From assembly GCA_019752815.1 (NCBI GenBank), contig JAIELQ010000005.1:1-47624 (forward strand): a stretch of 47,624 bases of DNA, written 5' to 3'. This DNA is from Patescibacteria group bacterium. Its GTDB lineage: Bacteria; Patescibacteriota; Minisyncoccia; Phycocordibacterales; UBA918. Position numbers and translations under genes: made by a program. This document shows, piece by piece, positions 21,013-29,936 of this stretch; within the stretch, counting starts at the first letter, position 1, and every line of letters starts with the position of its first letter. The notes beneath the pieces are model-generated. The model was not told the origin of the DNA and ran no database searches. It was given only the letters and a program-made list of their open reading frames with translations.

Positions 21013-21213
21013 ACGTCTAAAATCACTTCATCTACTGCCTTACATTTCGATAAATAATCTTCACTGTACAAAAAGTACGGCTCACCTTATTTTTCTCGTC
21101 CTTCTTACAGAAGCTGTACAGGTTGTCGCTCTTTTTCCAAAAGAGCTGGCAACCTCTTGCGAAAGCGCCCCCACGCTTTCTCATCTTGTATCTATAGCAA
21201 TTTAAAACGTTTA
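21010..21213 (-). repeat. Palindromic element family A, copy 3 (composite, after uppP stop)
   Basis: TAAACGT...ACGTTTA ends, TCA-CTGTAC-AAAAA-GTACGG-CTCA core, plus an inserted 64-nt module shared with 13739-13802. Confidence 0.8.
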
Positions 21214-21255
21214 GATCTGCAAGCTTTTATTTATATTAAATTTAATAGTTTCAAC

Positions 21256-21283
21256 GAAAAAGGAGCGGTGGGACCGCTCCTTT
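21256..21283. terminator. Intrinsic terminator
   Basis: AAAGGAGCGGT-GGG-ACCGCTCCTTT. Confidence 0.8.
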
Positions 21284-21288
21284 GGATG

Positions 21289-21606
21289 TTATATGGCTGA
21301 AACCAGTTCGTAGTCTTTGCGCCTGAGTTGCAACCGCTTGATAAATTGCTTGAAAGCAATGTCAGTTGGGTCGGTAGCATCTAATTGCACAATGATGGCA
21401 TCAATCACGTTTCTGAGAATTTGATTTCCGGCCATCGCACAGATACCTTGGATATCGTGTGTTGTGCTGACAAAGCATTTGCCGTTATGCTTAACAGCAC
21501 TGATGCAGTTGTCAGAGTAATTTTTGATGTAATACTGAAGTGTCGCTTCGATGTCTTCCCAGGTTGGTCTCTCCGGAGGGTGATTCCTTGAAATGTCATC
21601 CAACAT
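21289..21606 (-). CDS. Hypothetical protein (orphan)
   Basis: Start set to ATG 21606 with SD GGGAG. Own promoter TTGACA-N16-TAGGAT. Confidence 0.65.
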   Translation of the reverse strand: MLDDISRNHPPERPTWEDIEATLQYYIKNYSDNCISAVKHNGKCFVSTTHDIQGICAMAGNQILRNVIDAIIVQLDATDPTDIAFKQFIKRLQLRRKDYELVSAI

Positions 21607-21665
21607 TTTCTTGCTCCCGCGTCTCTTTTTGAATCCTATCCCATTGAACATTTTTGTCAATAAAC

Positions 21666-21693
21666 AAAGCCGCCCAGTTTCCGGGGCGGCTTT
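21666..21693 (-). terminator. Terminator of the 21704-22027 gene
   Basis: AAAGCCGCCC...GGGCGGCTTT. Confidence 0.75.
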
Positions 21694-21703
21694 AATTCTT
21701 TTG

Positions 21704-22027
21704 CTACTCCCAGCATTCTGGCCTGTCGAGGCCTACAGTTTTGTACAGGCTATAGATGAAGTCTGCCTTCATTTCCTTAAATGCTTCCGGCCAGCCAATT
21801 TCTTCAAAAATTTGTTCAATCCCTTGAATTTTCATCACAACAGTAAATAGGGGACTGTCTAAAGGATTTGCAGATTGAACGCCAGCTTGGATCTTGTTGT
21901 TTTCATCAACGTACGGAGCAATATCTTCGAGGAAATAAGCCATTATTTCCTCAAGCATTTTCTTGAGTTTTTCTGGGTCTGGGTTTTCGTCGAAAGCTCG
22001 ATCGATGGAAGTGAAATCAAGTGGCAT
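21704..22027 (-). CDS. Acidic hypothetical protein (orphan)
   Basis: 107 aa with strong SD AAGGAGG. Confidence 0.7.
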   Translation of the reverse strand: MPLDFTSIDRAFDENPDPEKLKKMLEEIMAYFLEDIAPYVDENNKIQAGVQSANPLDSPLFTVVMKIQGIEQIFEEIGWPEAFKEMKADFIYSLYKTVGLDRPECWE

Positions 22028-22080
22028 TTGAATCCTCCTTTTATCTTTTTAAACTTTACTACAAAGCTTTTAAAATGCAA

Positions 22081-22656
22081 TTAAAACAAAAACGAGTGGG
22101 TCATGGCGGTGTCTTCTTTGATCATCCAGGTTGAGATATCAAGCGGGATTTCACGCTTACGAGAACCGTCTTTGAATTTTACATGGCCGTGAGTCATAGC
22201 GTAGTCAAAAACCTTTTTGGTGACTTTTACATCTTGTTCGCAGTATTTTTTAATCTCGTCGATTTTACCTTCTTTCCACCAGCGAACAGCCTGCAGTCCG
22301 TTCGATGATTTTTTGGCACCAATGGTAGCTTCAGCAATACTGTCGAGTCGCAGTCGTCGCCCGAGTGAGGCACGGATGGATTCTAAAATATCAATACTTT
22401 TAATTTGTGTTAAATCACCCGGGTAGTATTTGTTTAACAAGGGAATATCAAAATGATTACTGTTGTATCCAACAAGGGCATCAGCTTGTTCGAGTAGTGG
22501 CCAGGCTCGTGATATTTCGTCTACACTGATGGTTAAATATTTATCGGTTGCACTGTCATAAAATGATCCAACTGAGATATCGAGTGCCGCCGGATCGCTA
22601 CTTCCAACGTCTTGAAAAATATTTTGAGTTTCTAAGTCGAAAATGATATATCGCAT
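22081..22656 (-). CDS. RNase H-like (DEDD/YprB-type) exonuclease domain protein
   Basis: IFDLET, VGYNSNHFDIP, YCEQDV. Confidence 0.85.
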   Translation of the reverse strand: MRYIIFDLETQNIFQDVGSSDPAALDISVGSFYDSATDKYLTISVDEISRAWPLLEQADALVGYNSNHFDIPLLNKYYPGDLTQIKSIDILESIRASLGRRLRLDSIAEATIGAKKSSNGLQAVRWWKEGKIDEIKKYCEQDVKVTKKVFDYAMTHGHVKFKDGSRKREIPLDISTWMIKEDTAMTHSFLF

Positions 22657-22726
22657 AAGTAAACGTAAGGTCGTCAGTATAGCATAGTATTTTCAGCATA
22701 AAAAAATAAGGGTCGAAGCCCTATTT

Positions 22727-24001
22727 TTATAAATCACCGTCTGTAAACTTTTTCAAAATGTCCTCAATTGAGCCTGTTACTGTCGTTTCTTCGTTGAGGT
22801 TCTTGAGAGTATAGGTGTTGTCTTTAGTTTCGTTTTCACCTACTACGAGTACATAGTTTACTAATTTTTCGCTTGCATCACCTATTTTTTTACCGAGTTT
22901 TTTGGTACTGATATCGGTGGCGACTGATAATCCAGCAATCTCCCTAAATTGCATGGCGATTTTTTGCGCAATCAGATTTTGTGCTGGGTCCATCGGAATT
23001 ACCATCAAATCAGGGGCGGTAATGTTAGCAGTCATTAAATCGTGTGTTTCGAGAAAATCTCGCATGGTAACATCACCCATACCAAACCCTATTCCAGAAA
23101 TAGCCTCACCACCGAACATTTCAGTCAAATTATCATAGCGACCACCACCGAGCATTGCCCGATTGTTTTCACCAGAGACATCAAAGATTTCAAAAATAGT
23201 ACCGGTGTAGTAATTAAAACCACGGGCAATTGAACGGTCGATTTTAACATTAGTAATACCTAGCTCCTTAAGACCATCGACAACTTTGTTTGTGTCACTC
23301 GTGTCTCCGCCGGAAACTAACGTATAAATTTGTTCAACTGCAGTTCCATTACCCACAATTTCCTCTAACGCAATTTTATATTCCGTGGCTGATATTTTAT
23401 AAAACCGATCATTCAAACGTGTAATTGCGTTTTGCGTTTCGATATCCTCAATTCCAAATTCACGATATTTACTTCGCATCTCGGTTCGGTCGTTAATTCT
23501 AATTTCAAAGAGAGAAGAGTCTGCTCCAAAATTAAGAATCAGTTGTGATGCGAGAGCGATGATTTCCACATCAGCCGTATAATCAGTGGCGCCAAAAATA
23601 TCGCAGTTTAATTGCCAGTGTTCACGGAGACGTCCTCGTTGTGGTCGTTCGTACCGGAATAGATTTGGGATTGAATACCAGCGTACCGGGAACGACAGTT
23701 CGCGGCGTCGCCCCGCTACCATTCGGGCTACGGTTGGTGTCATTTCAGGACGAAGTGTTACCTCGCGGTCACCACGGTCAATAAATGTATAGGTTTGTTC
23801 ATTCACCATTTCCTCGTTTTCGGCTCCTTTGGCTTTGTATAAATCTGATGGTTCCAGGACCGATGCGTCGTAGCGTTCAAACCCAAAACTTTCAGCCGTT
23901 TGACTCCAGACGTCAAAAATATACCGTTGTATGGCCATGTCATCAGGGTAAAAGTCGCGCACACCCTTGTATGAGTCTGTAGGTTGAATTTTGTCAGTCA
24001 T
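22727..24001 (-). CDS. hisS: Histidine--tRNA ligase
   Basis: GVRDF, LRPEMTP, FRYERPQRGRLRE, RGFNYYTG, GGGRYD. Start set to ATG 24001. Confidence 0.97.
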   Translation of the reverse strand: MTDKIQPTDSYKGVRDFYPDDMAIQRYIFDVWSQTAESFGFERYDASVLEPSDLYKAKGAENEEMVNEQTYTFIDRGDREVTLRPEMTPTVARMVAGRRRELSFPVRWYSIPNLFRYERPQRGRLREHWQLNCDIFGATDYTADVEIIALASQLILNFGADSSLFEIRINDRTEMRSKYREFGIEDIETQNAITRLNDRFYKISATEYKIALEEIVGNGTAVEQIYTLVSGGDTSDTNKVVDGLKELGITNVKIDRSIARGFNYYTGTIFEIFDVSGENNRAMLGGGRYDNLTEMFGGEAISGIGFGMGDVTMRDFLETHDLMTANITAPDLMVIPMDPAQNLIAQKIAMQFREIAGLSVATDISTKKLGKKIGDASEKLVNYVLVVGENETKDNTYTLKNLNEETTVTGSIEDILKKFTDGDL

Positions 24002-24074
24002 AGTATGGTTGATTGTAGGTGAGGTGGGATAAAATGGCAAGTAAAACAAGCGAAATGACTGAAAACTGGTATCG

Positions 24075-24638
24075 TTAGTCAGCCATTGGAATATTGTTTC
24101 CGAGAGTTTGTAGCCGGGTATCCATAGCTGTTTGGATGAGTGCTTGGAGTCCTCGAGGGTCAGGCAGAAACCGACTTTCAAAGTTACTCTCAGCTGCAGA
24201 TGCTGTTTGGGCACGAACGGTGCCGTAGTTTAGTAACGTTGGAATAAGCCCTTTTACTGACACTTTAATATCCTGCAAGCGCTCCAAGCGGAAGTTACTG
24301 ACTTTGCGATTAAAAAACCCAATTTGGTCAATAACAATGATTCGACGATCAGTAATTACCCAGAGATCAAGGTAGTAATGAGTCCAGGCAGTGGCGGTAG
24401 CCATAGCAGAGAGGAGGAGCCAGCTCGCAAGACCAAAAATGATAATCGGCGTTTGGGTTTCAAAGAATCCCATGACTGCTTCTGATGGTGTCATCATGAG
24501 TAGTCCCATAAAAACAAATACCGGCATTAATCCCATAAAAATAATTAGCAGCAGTTCAAGAGTAATTACAAACCAATGTTTTCGAACTGTTTTAACAACA
24601 GTTTCGTCTGGTTCTAGTTGAATTTTTTCAAATAACAT
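24075..24638 (-). CDS. Bacterial PH-domain membrane protein
   Basis: Two TM helices followed by WVITDRRII...GFF...LQDI...YGTV. Confidence 0.8.
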   Translation of the reverse strand: MLFEKIQLEPDETVVKTVRKHWFVITLELLLIIFMGLMPVFVFMGLLMMTPSEAVMGFFETQTPIIIFGLASWLLLSAMATATAWTHYYLDLWVITDRRIIVIDQIGFFNRKVSNFRLERLQDIKVSVKGLIPTLLNYGTVRAQTASAAESNFESRFLPDPRGLQALIQTAMDTRLQTLGNNIPMAD

Positions 24639-24643
24639 ATGTG

Positions 24644-24862
24644 TTAAATTACTAAGATACTTAGTCCTATAATAGCTAATAGAGGTAGGGTAATGACAAA
24701 ATAGGCGAGGTACGTTTGAAGGGTGGCTTTTCTATCAATCGAGTAATTTTGCCAGTGGTAGTAAAATACGACCGTAAAAATGACATAAGCAATCACGATG
24801 AGGTAAAACGTGATGTGCGCGATTGTCGAGAGCGGTAATGTAAAAGCAGGGATGTTTTCCAT
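24644..24862 (-). CDS. Small two-TM membrane protein
   Basis: 72 aa with YHW between two hydrophobic helices, tight operon spacing. Confidence 0.75.
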   Translation of the reverse strand: MENIPAFTLPLSTIAHITFYLIVIAYVIFTVVFYYHWQNYSIDRKATLQTYLAYFVITLPLLAIIGLSILVI

Positions 24863-24867
24863 ACCTA

Positions 24868-25662
24868 CTATTGTGCCACAGTCAGAACACTAAAACGAGG
24901 GACTCCGTATTGGTCAGGGTGGGTAATTGCAGTAAAGTCATGGGTGTTCGCGAGTATTTTTATTGCGGCTACTTGGGCTGGTTCATGTTCAATCCAGAGT
25001 TGACCAAGCGGTGTGAGGTACTGTGGTGCTTCAGTAATGATTCGAGTAATGATTTCCATGCCCGCAACACCACCAAATAATGCGAGATGTGGTTCGTGTT
25101 CTACAACATTGTCGTCGACAGTATTTGCAGTCGCATCAATGTACGGTGGGTTAGTAAGAATGTAATTAAACTGTTCACCATTGGCGATTTCTGAGAATAA
25201 GTCGCCACCGGAAACTTTATATTTTTCACTATCGTATATGATAGTGTTTTGTTTTATATTTTTTTCTATGGTTGGAAAGTGGGCAGGGTCGAGTTCAGCA
25301 AATGTAACGTTTGCGTCGGGAATAGCTTTGGCCACCGCTATACCAACAGCTCCACTGCCGGCACAAAGGTCGAGAATATGTAAAGACGAGGCAAGACCTC
25401 GTCCACCCGTAAGTTCGAGGTCTTGCCTCGAACTTTGTGATTTGATCGTGGTGATAGCTTGTTCAACCCAGTATTCAGTCTCGGGGCGGGGGATCAGCGG
25501 ATGGGAGTCGAGATGAATGGTGCAGTCAAGAAATGGCACAGAACCAATCAGGTAGGCAAGGGGTACTCCAGACTCCAGTCGAGCGCAATCAGCCTGAAAA
25601 GCCTGGCTTTCCACGCCGTGATATTTTTCCTTGAGGAGCCACGCTATTTCTTGATTTTTCAT
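24868..25662 (-). CDS. prmC: Release factor glutamine methyltransferase (HemK)
   Basis: PLAYLIG, LIPRPETE, LDLCAGSG, NPPY. Start set to ATG 25662. Confidence 0.93.
   Translation of the reverse strand: MKNQEIAWLLKEKYHGVESQAFQADCARLESGVPLAYLIGSVPFLDCTIHLDSHPLIPRPETEYWVEQAITTIKSQSSRQDLELTGGRGLASSLHILDLCAGSGAVGIAVAKAIPDANVTFAELDPAHFPTIEKNIKQNTIIYDSEKYKVSGGDLFSEIANGEQFNYILTNPPYIDATANTVDDNVVEHEPHLALFGGVAGMEIITRIITEAPQYLTPLGQLWIEHEPAQVAAIKILANTHDFTAITHPDQYGVPRFSVLTVAQ
25385..25435. repeat. Inverted REP-like doublet inside the prmC coding sequence
   Basis: CGAGGCAAGACCTCG (25387-25401) and its exact reverse complement (25416-25430). Each unit is itself a hairpin. Confidence 0.8.
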
Positions 25663-25733
25663 CGAATTATGGTATGGTACTACACGGAAGCTTGGAAAAC
25701 AAGCAGACTGCAACCCCTAGATGGAGTGATGTC

Positions 25734-26231
25734 ATGACTATCTCGCACCGGACTGTTGGCAGAATGCGATCGGACTATCTTGCGCAAACACTTACTTTGC
25801 TTGAGCAAGCGCTGGCAATGTGTAAGCAAGAGCATGCAAAGCACCTGGCTCGAATTGAACGGGAGCTCAAAAAACTCCGTGATGTGGAGATTTCAGATAA
25901 ACTCTTCCTCGCCTTTGTGTCGATGATGCGACGGTCTGGTAGTCGTTACGATCTCCCGATACTTGGCAGTGATGAGTGGGTAGATTTTTGGGAAACTGGG
26001 AAAGAGGAGTTGCCAAACCCGGGCCAAAGACATGCCTATTTGATGATTTTGTTTGATGAGATGAAATCATGGCAGGTTGAAGGTGAACAATGCGTTCCGC
26101 GTTTTCTCGAATCGGCGATTGAAACAGTCAAGTTGAATCGTGATGGGGAACTGATTCCGTACAATTATGGGGATTATCCCTTTGATGAAAAGAAGGAGAA
26201 TGTTGGCGACATACTAGTAACCGTGTTTTGA
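25734..26231 (+). CDS. Hypothetical protein (orphan)
   Basis: Start set to ATG 25734 with SD GGAG. Terminator-like hairpin at about 26240-26269. Confidence 0.65.
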   Translation: MTISHRTVGRMRSDYLAQTLTLLEQALAMCKQEHAKHLARIERELKKLRDVEISDKLFLAFVSMMRRSGSRYDLPILGSDEWVDFWETGKEELPNPGQRHAYLMILFDEMKSWQVEGEQCVPRFLESAIETVKLNRDGELIPYNYGDYPFDEKKENVGDILVTVF

Positions 26232-26308
26232 GAGCTTTTAAAAAGGCGCATCCATGTGGTGTGCCTTTTCTTTATGTAATGTTTATCGTGGTATACTGGC
26301 TTATATAT

Positions 26309-27073
26309 ATGTCAGACAACACTAATGTGCCGATGTTGGAGATTAGGGATTTGGTAAAGGTGTATAAAGGGGGAAAGAAAAAGGACGACAAAACTGCCGT
26401 TGATGGCATTAATTTATCTATCCCGCGCGGGGCGTTTTTTGGATTGCTTGGTCCCAATGGGGCGGGGAAGTCGACGACAATTCATTGTATTACAGGCATT
26501 GCACAACCGACGACTGGGCAGATTTTAATTGATGGTGTAGATGTGGTGGCTGACTACAAACTGGCTCGTACCAAAGTCGGTCTCTCGCCCCAGGAATTTA
26601 ACGTAGATATTTTCTCAACCCCAGTAGAACTGATGGATTACATGGGTGGGTATTATGGTATTCCGCAAGAAGCAAAAATGAAGCGGATTAATGAATTGAT
26701 TGCCCAATTTGATTTGGAAGAACACCGCAATGTAAAGTTTCAAAAATTATCAGGCGGACTAAAGCGTCGGGCGATGTTAGGACGGGCACTGGTTCATACT
26801 CCAGACCTACTCATTCTCGACGAGCCAACAGCCGGAGTTGATGTTGAACAACGCCGAGCACTGTGGGCATATCTGAAGAAGTTAAACGAAGACGGTAAGA
26901 CCATCATTCTCACCTCGCACTACTTGGAAGAGATTCAGTATCTATGCCGAGATATTGCAATTATTAATCATGGCAAGATTGTGGCATCTGGCACCAAAGA
27001 AGAGTTTATGAAAGATGGAAAATCAATTGAGGAAGCGTATCTGGCGGTTATTAGTGAATCTGACAACAAGTAA
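26309..27073 (+). CDS. ABC transporter ATP-binding protein (YadG-like)
   Basis: GPNGAGKST, LSGG, ILDEPT, SHY. Start set to ATG 26309. Confidence 0.95.
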   Translation: MSDNTNVPMLEIRDLVKVYKGGKKKDDKTAVDGINLSIPRGAFFGLLGPNGAGKSTTIHCITGIAQPTTGQILIDGVDVVADYKLARTKVGLSPQEFNVDIFSTPVELMDYMGGYYGIPQEAKMKRINELIAQFDLEEHRNVKFQKLSGGLKRRAMLGRALVHTPDLLILDEPTAGVDVEQRRALWAYLKKLNEDGKTIILTSHYLEEIQYLCRDIAIINHGKIVASGTKEEFMKDGKSIEEAYLAVISESDNK

Positions 27074-27074
27074 T

Positions 27075-27989
27075 ATGCAAAACCCAGAAAACAAAAAAAT
27101 GGCCGGTGGTTCTGTGGTGGATGAAATGCGAGGCGCGCAAGAACCTGCGACTGAGGCGTATCGCGCATACGACGAAGAGCAGGTGCGCAGCGGCAACAAA
27201 GCAGTTCGCCAGCACAGGACTACCGGAGTAAACTGGATAGGGTTGTATACGATGCTACGGAGGGAGGTTAAACGAACCCTGCGTGTATCGATTCAAACTC
27301 TCGCCGCGCCGGTTATTTCAGCTGCCTTGTATATTTTTATTTTTGGAACGGTGATTGGTACAAAAATTGATGACTTTGCGGGTGTGCCGTACATTTCGTT
27401 TGTGTTCCCGGGAGTCTTGATGCTCTCGATAATCAATGCCAGTTTTTCGAGTGCATCATCGGCGTTGTTCTTTATGAAGTTCACACGTGGGATTGAGGAA
27501 ATTTTAATCACGCCGTTTTCGTACCTCGAAATGTTAGTTGGGTTTGTGGGGAGTGCTGTGGCGCGGGCTATGATTGTGGCGTTCCTGATTCTGATTGTGG
27601 GAGTATTGTTTGGAGCAGTTACACTCACCAATCCACTCATGTTCATATTTTATGTTGCGGCTATTTCGGCTATCTTTGCGATGTTGGGAATTATCGTAGC
27701 CTTGTGGGCCGAGGGGTTTGAGCAGCTGCAGATGTTAAATACGTTTGTGATTACACCACTGACGTATCTTGGGGGTATCTTCTATTCGATTACCATGTTG
27801 CCTGCACTCGCCGCCCAAATTACGGTCCTTAATCCGTTCTTTTATTTTGCCGATGGTATTCGTGGCGCCATGATTGGCTACCATGAAGCTAATCAGCTTG
27901 TAGGCTTGGTAATTACCGTTGGTTTAGTTCTGGTTCTCGGCACCTTGGTAACACAGATATTTAAACGTGGTTGGAAAATCCGAGCATAG
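27075..27989 (+). CDS. ABC-2 permease (YadH-like) with N-terminal palindrome-derived insert
   Basis: Six-TM ABC-2 pattern (GGIFYSI...LNPFFY). Start set to ATG 27075. Confidence 0.93.
   Translation: MQNPENKKMAGGSVVDEMRGAQEPATEAYRAYDEEQVRSGNKAVRQHRTTGVNWIGLYTMLRREVKRTLRVSIQTLAAPVISAALYIFIFGTVIGTKIDDFAGVPYISFVFPGVLMLSIINASFSSASSALFFMKFTRGIEEILITPFSYLEMLVGFVGSAVARAMIVAFLILIVGVLFGAVTLTNPLMFIFYVAAISAIFAMLGIIVALWAEGFEQLQMLNTFVITPLTYLGGIFYSITMLPALAAQITVLNPFFYFADGIRGAMIGYHEANQLVGLVITVGLVLVLGTLVTQIFKRGWKIRA
27103..27226 (+). repeat. Palindromic element family A, copy 4, translated in frame
   Basis: Outer stem CCGGTGGTTCTGTG/CACAGGACTACCGG. TGCGAGGCGCGCAAGAA...GA-GGCGTAT...ATACGAC-GA...GCAACAAAGCAG matches the reverse complement of copy 1. 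Confidence 0.8.
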
Positions 27990-28106
27990 TAATCTAAAAA
28001 TCACCATCTGCGTTGTTGCTCGGTCGCTCGCTTTTCACCGTACAGATGTACGGCTCATACGCTCACTCGGTCGCGCCTAGCATCTTAGTGATTTTGTAGA
28101 ATACTA
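27987..28106 (-). repeat. Palindromic element family A, copy 5 (begins at the permease TAG)
   Basis: CATCTGCGTTGTTGC...TCA-CCGTAC-AGAT-GTACGG-CTCA...CGCGCCTAGCATCT, with TA at both ends. Confidence 0.88.
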
Positions 28107-28165
28107 TTATGATGTTAGTTGAGCTCGTGCGAAAAATATAGTTTAATACACAACAGAAAAAGGAG

Positions 28166-28393
28166 ATGACGATGAAACGTTTCGTTCGCCTCTTGCTGAA
28201 AGACTGGCAGATTAGCCCTGCACTCGTCATTTTCTATGCATTCTCTTTGGGTTTGTATGAAATGAATGCGTACGGTGTGTATCTGGCGACCACTTTCTTT
28301 TATGATCACTTTGTCATGCTGTTTTTAGGTTTTGTGGTCGCAAAAAACTGCCTGGACGGACTTTGCAAAAAAGTAATGCGGTTTCCAGTGTGA
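28166..28393 (+). CDS. Small hydrophobic hypothetical protein (orphan)
   Basis: SD AAGGAG, two hydrophobic segments, downstream hairpin 28408-28437. Start may be ATG 28172. Confidence 0.6.
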   Translation: MTMKRFVRLLLKDWQISPALVIFYAFSLGLYEMNAYGVYLATTFFYDHFVMLFLGFVVAKNCLDGLCKKVMRFPV

Positions 28394-28453
28394 CCCATGC
28401 ATCCCCACAGCCCCTCACGCAATCGCGTGTGGGGCTGATATACTTTTATCAGT

Positions 28454-29479
28454 ATGAATAAAAATCCAAAATTATATGAAACCGTTGCTGCTCTAATGGC
28501 GCACGGAAAAGGAATTCTTGCCGCAGATGAAAGTGATAGTACTGCCGGCAAGCGACTGGAGATGGTACATCTCCCAAACGATGAAGGTAACCGACAAGAT
28601 TTTCGTGAACTCTTGTTCACCGCGCCAGGTATTGAGGAATATTTGTCAGGGGTGATTCTCTATGATTCAACCTTAAAGTCCGGAACTGATGATGGTACAC
28701 CGTTTGGTGACCTCTTGATTTCACGGGGAATTATTCCGGGTATCAAAGTTGATACGGGAACAAAAGACTTTGAAGGATTTAAGGGGGAAGTGGTGACGCA
28801 AGGATTGGATAATCTTGAGGAACGATTCAAAGAATACTATGACCTCGGTGCACGGTTTGCCAAATGGCGGATGGTAGTTTCAATTGATGAAACTATTCCA
28901 ACTGACGAATGTCTCGAAGCTAACTCAGTGATGATGGCGCGCTACGCACAGATTGCTCAAAAATGTGGCATTGTACCGATGCTTGAGCCCGAAGTTATTT
29001 TTGCGGGCGGACACGATATTGTGCGCGCCGAAGCAGTTACAACCCGAGCGATTCAAATTCTGTTCCATACCATGATGCGGTACAAGGTAGATCTCGAAGG
29101 ATTAATCCTCAAATCATCAATGGTGCTCGCTGGTGATTTATACCCACAACAATCAACGCCAGAAGAAATCGCCAATGCCACCTTGCGCACCTTCCATATG
29201 TCAGTGCCGTACGCTGTGGGTGGAATTGTATTCCTCTCAGGTGGACAGACTCCGAAACGAGCGACTGAGAACCTAAACGCTATTGCCAAATTAGGTGCTC
29301 AACCGTGGCCAATTACGTTCTCATACTCACGAGCGATTGAAGAACCGTTCTTGCTCGCATGGGGAGGGAAGCCAGAGAATGCAGATGAAGCGCAAAAGAT
29401 GCTTCTGCATGTATGCAAGATGAACTCTTTGGCTACCAAAGGTGAGTATGATGGAAGTAAGGACTCAAAGCTAAAGTAG
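28454..29479 (+). CDS. Fructose-bisphosphate aldolase class I
   Basis: GILAADES, GIKVD, FAKWR, EPEV, FLSGGQ, FSYSRA. Confidence 0.96.
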   Translation: MNKNPKLYETVAALMAHGKGILAADESDSTAGKRLEMVHLPNDEGNRQDFRELLFTAPGIEEYLSGVILYDSTLKSGTDDGTPFGDLLISRGIIPGIKVDTGTKDFEGFKGEVVTQGLDNLEERFKEYYDLGARFAKWRMVVSIDETIPTDECLEANSVMMARYAQIAQKCGIVPMLEPEVIFAGGHDIVRAEAVTTRAIQILFHTMMRYKVDLEGLILKSSMVLAGDLYPQQSTPEEIANATLRTFHMSVPYAVGGIVFLSGGQTPKRATENLNAIAKLGAQPWPITFSYSRAIEEPFLLAWGGKPENADEAQKMLLHVCKMNSLATKGEYDGSKDSKLK

Positions 29480-29592
29480 GGGCACATCCAAAAATTGAAT
29501 GAAGAAATGAGCGTTGCGATTATTCTGAATTTATGTCCCGTTTTCCCTCCTAAGGAAAATCGCTGGACCGCAATCTCCTCAACTTTTTGTGA
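29477..29592. repeat. Palindromic element related to 13687-13958 (after aldolase stop)
   Basis: Shares TGAATGAAGAAA, GCGATTATTCTGAATTTATGT and CCTCCTAAGGAAAATCGCTGGACCGCA with the 13.7-kb element. Confidence 0.8.
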
Positions 29593-29626
29593 ACGAGGTT
29601 CTGCGACTTGGAGGTTTTAAAATGAC

Positions 29627-29720
29627 CGTCTTTGCGAGAAGTGCAGCGTATGCGAAACGACGTGGCAATCCAGAGTTTTGTGACTGCGGTCCTGGATTGC
29701 TTTGCAAGCTCGCAAAGACG
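29627..29720. repeat. REP-like nested inverted repeat (different family)
   Basis: CGTCTTTGCGAG / CTCGCAAAGACG (12 bp perfect) enclosing GCAATCCAG / CTGGATTGC. Confidence 0.75.
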
Positions 29721-29756
29721 AAGGTAACAAAAAACTCCCAATTGGGAGCTTTTTTG

Positions 29757-29936
29757 TTATTTCTTTTGTTTGTAGACAGTGTGTTCTTTGGCGATTGGGT
29801 TGAACTTTTTGGTTTCGTACTTCTTTGATGGGTCTTTCTTTACTTTATTGTTAAAACGAGTGTAGTACACGTGGCCTTTTCCAACGCCTTTGGCGTTGCC
29901 GGCTGATACCAACTTTACGAGTAAATCTTGTGACAT
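29757..29936 (-). CDS. rpmG: 50S ribosomal protein L33 (Cys-free form), absent from ORF track
   Basis: Hand translation MSQDLLVKLVSAGNAKGVGKGHVYYTRFNNKVKKDPSKKYETKKFNPIAKEHTVYKQKK (59 aa). Terminator hairpin directly downstream. Confidence 0.93.
   Translation of the reverse strand: MSQDLLVKLVSAGNAKGVGKGHVYYTRFNNKVKKDPSKKYETKKFNPIAKEHTVYKQKK

Noticed and set aside
24002-24214. 71-aa N-terminal extension of HisS in the ORF track
   Set aside because: It overlaps the upstream PH-domain gene. HisS homology starts near MTDKIQP...KGVRDF at 24001.
29550-29828. Short ORFs 29550-29741 and 29589-29828
   Set aside because: They cover palindromic repeats and the antisense strand of rpmG.
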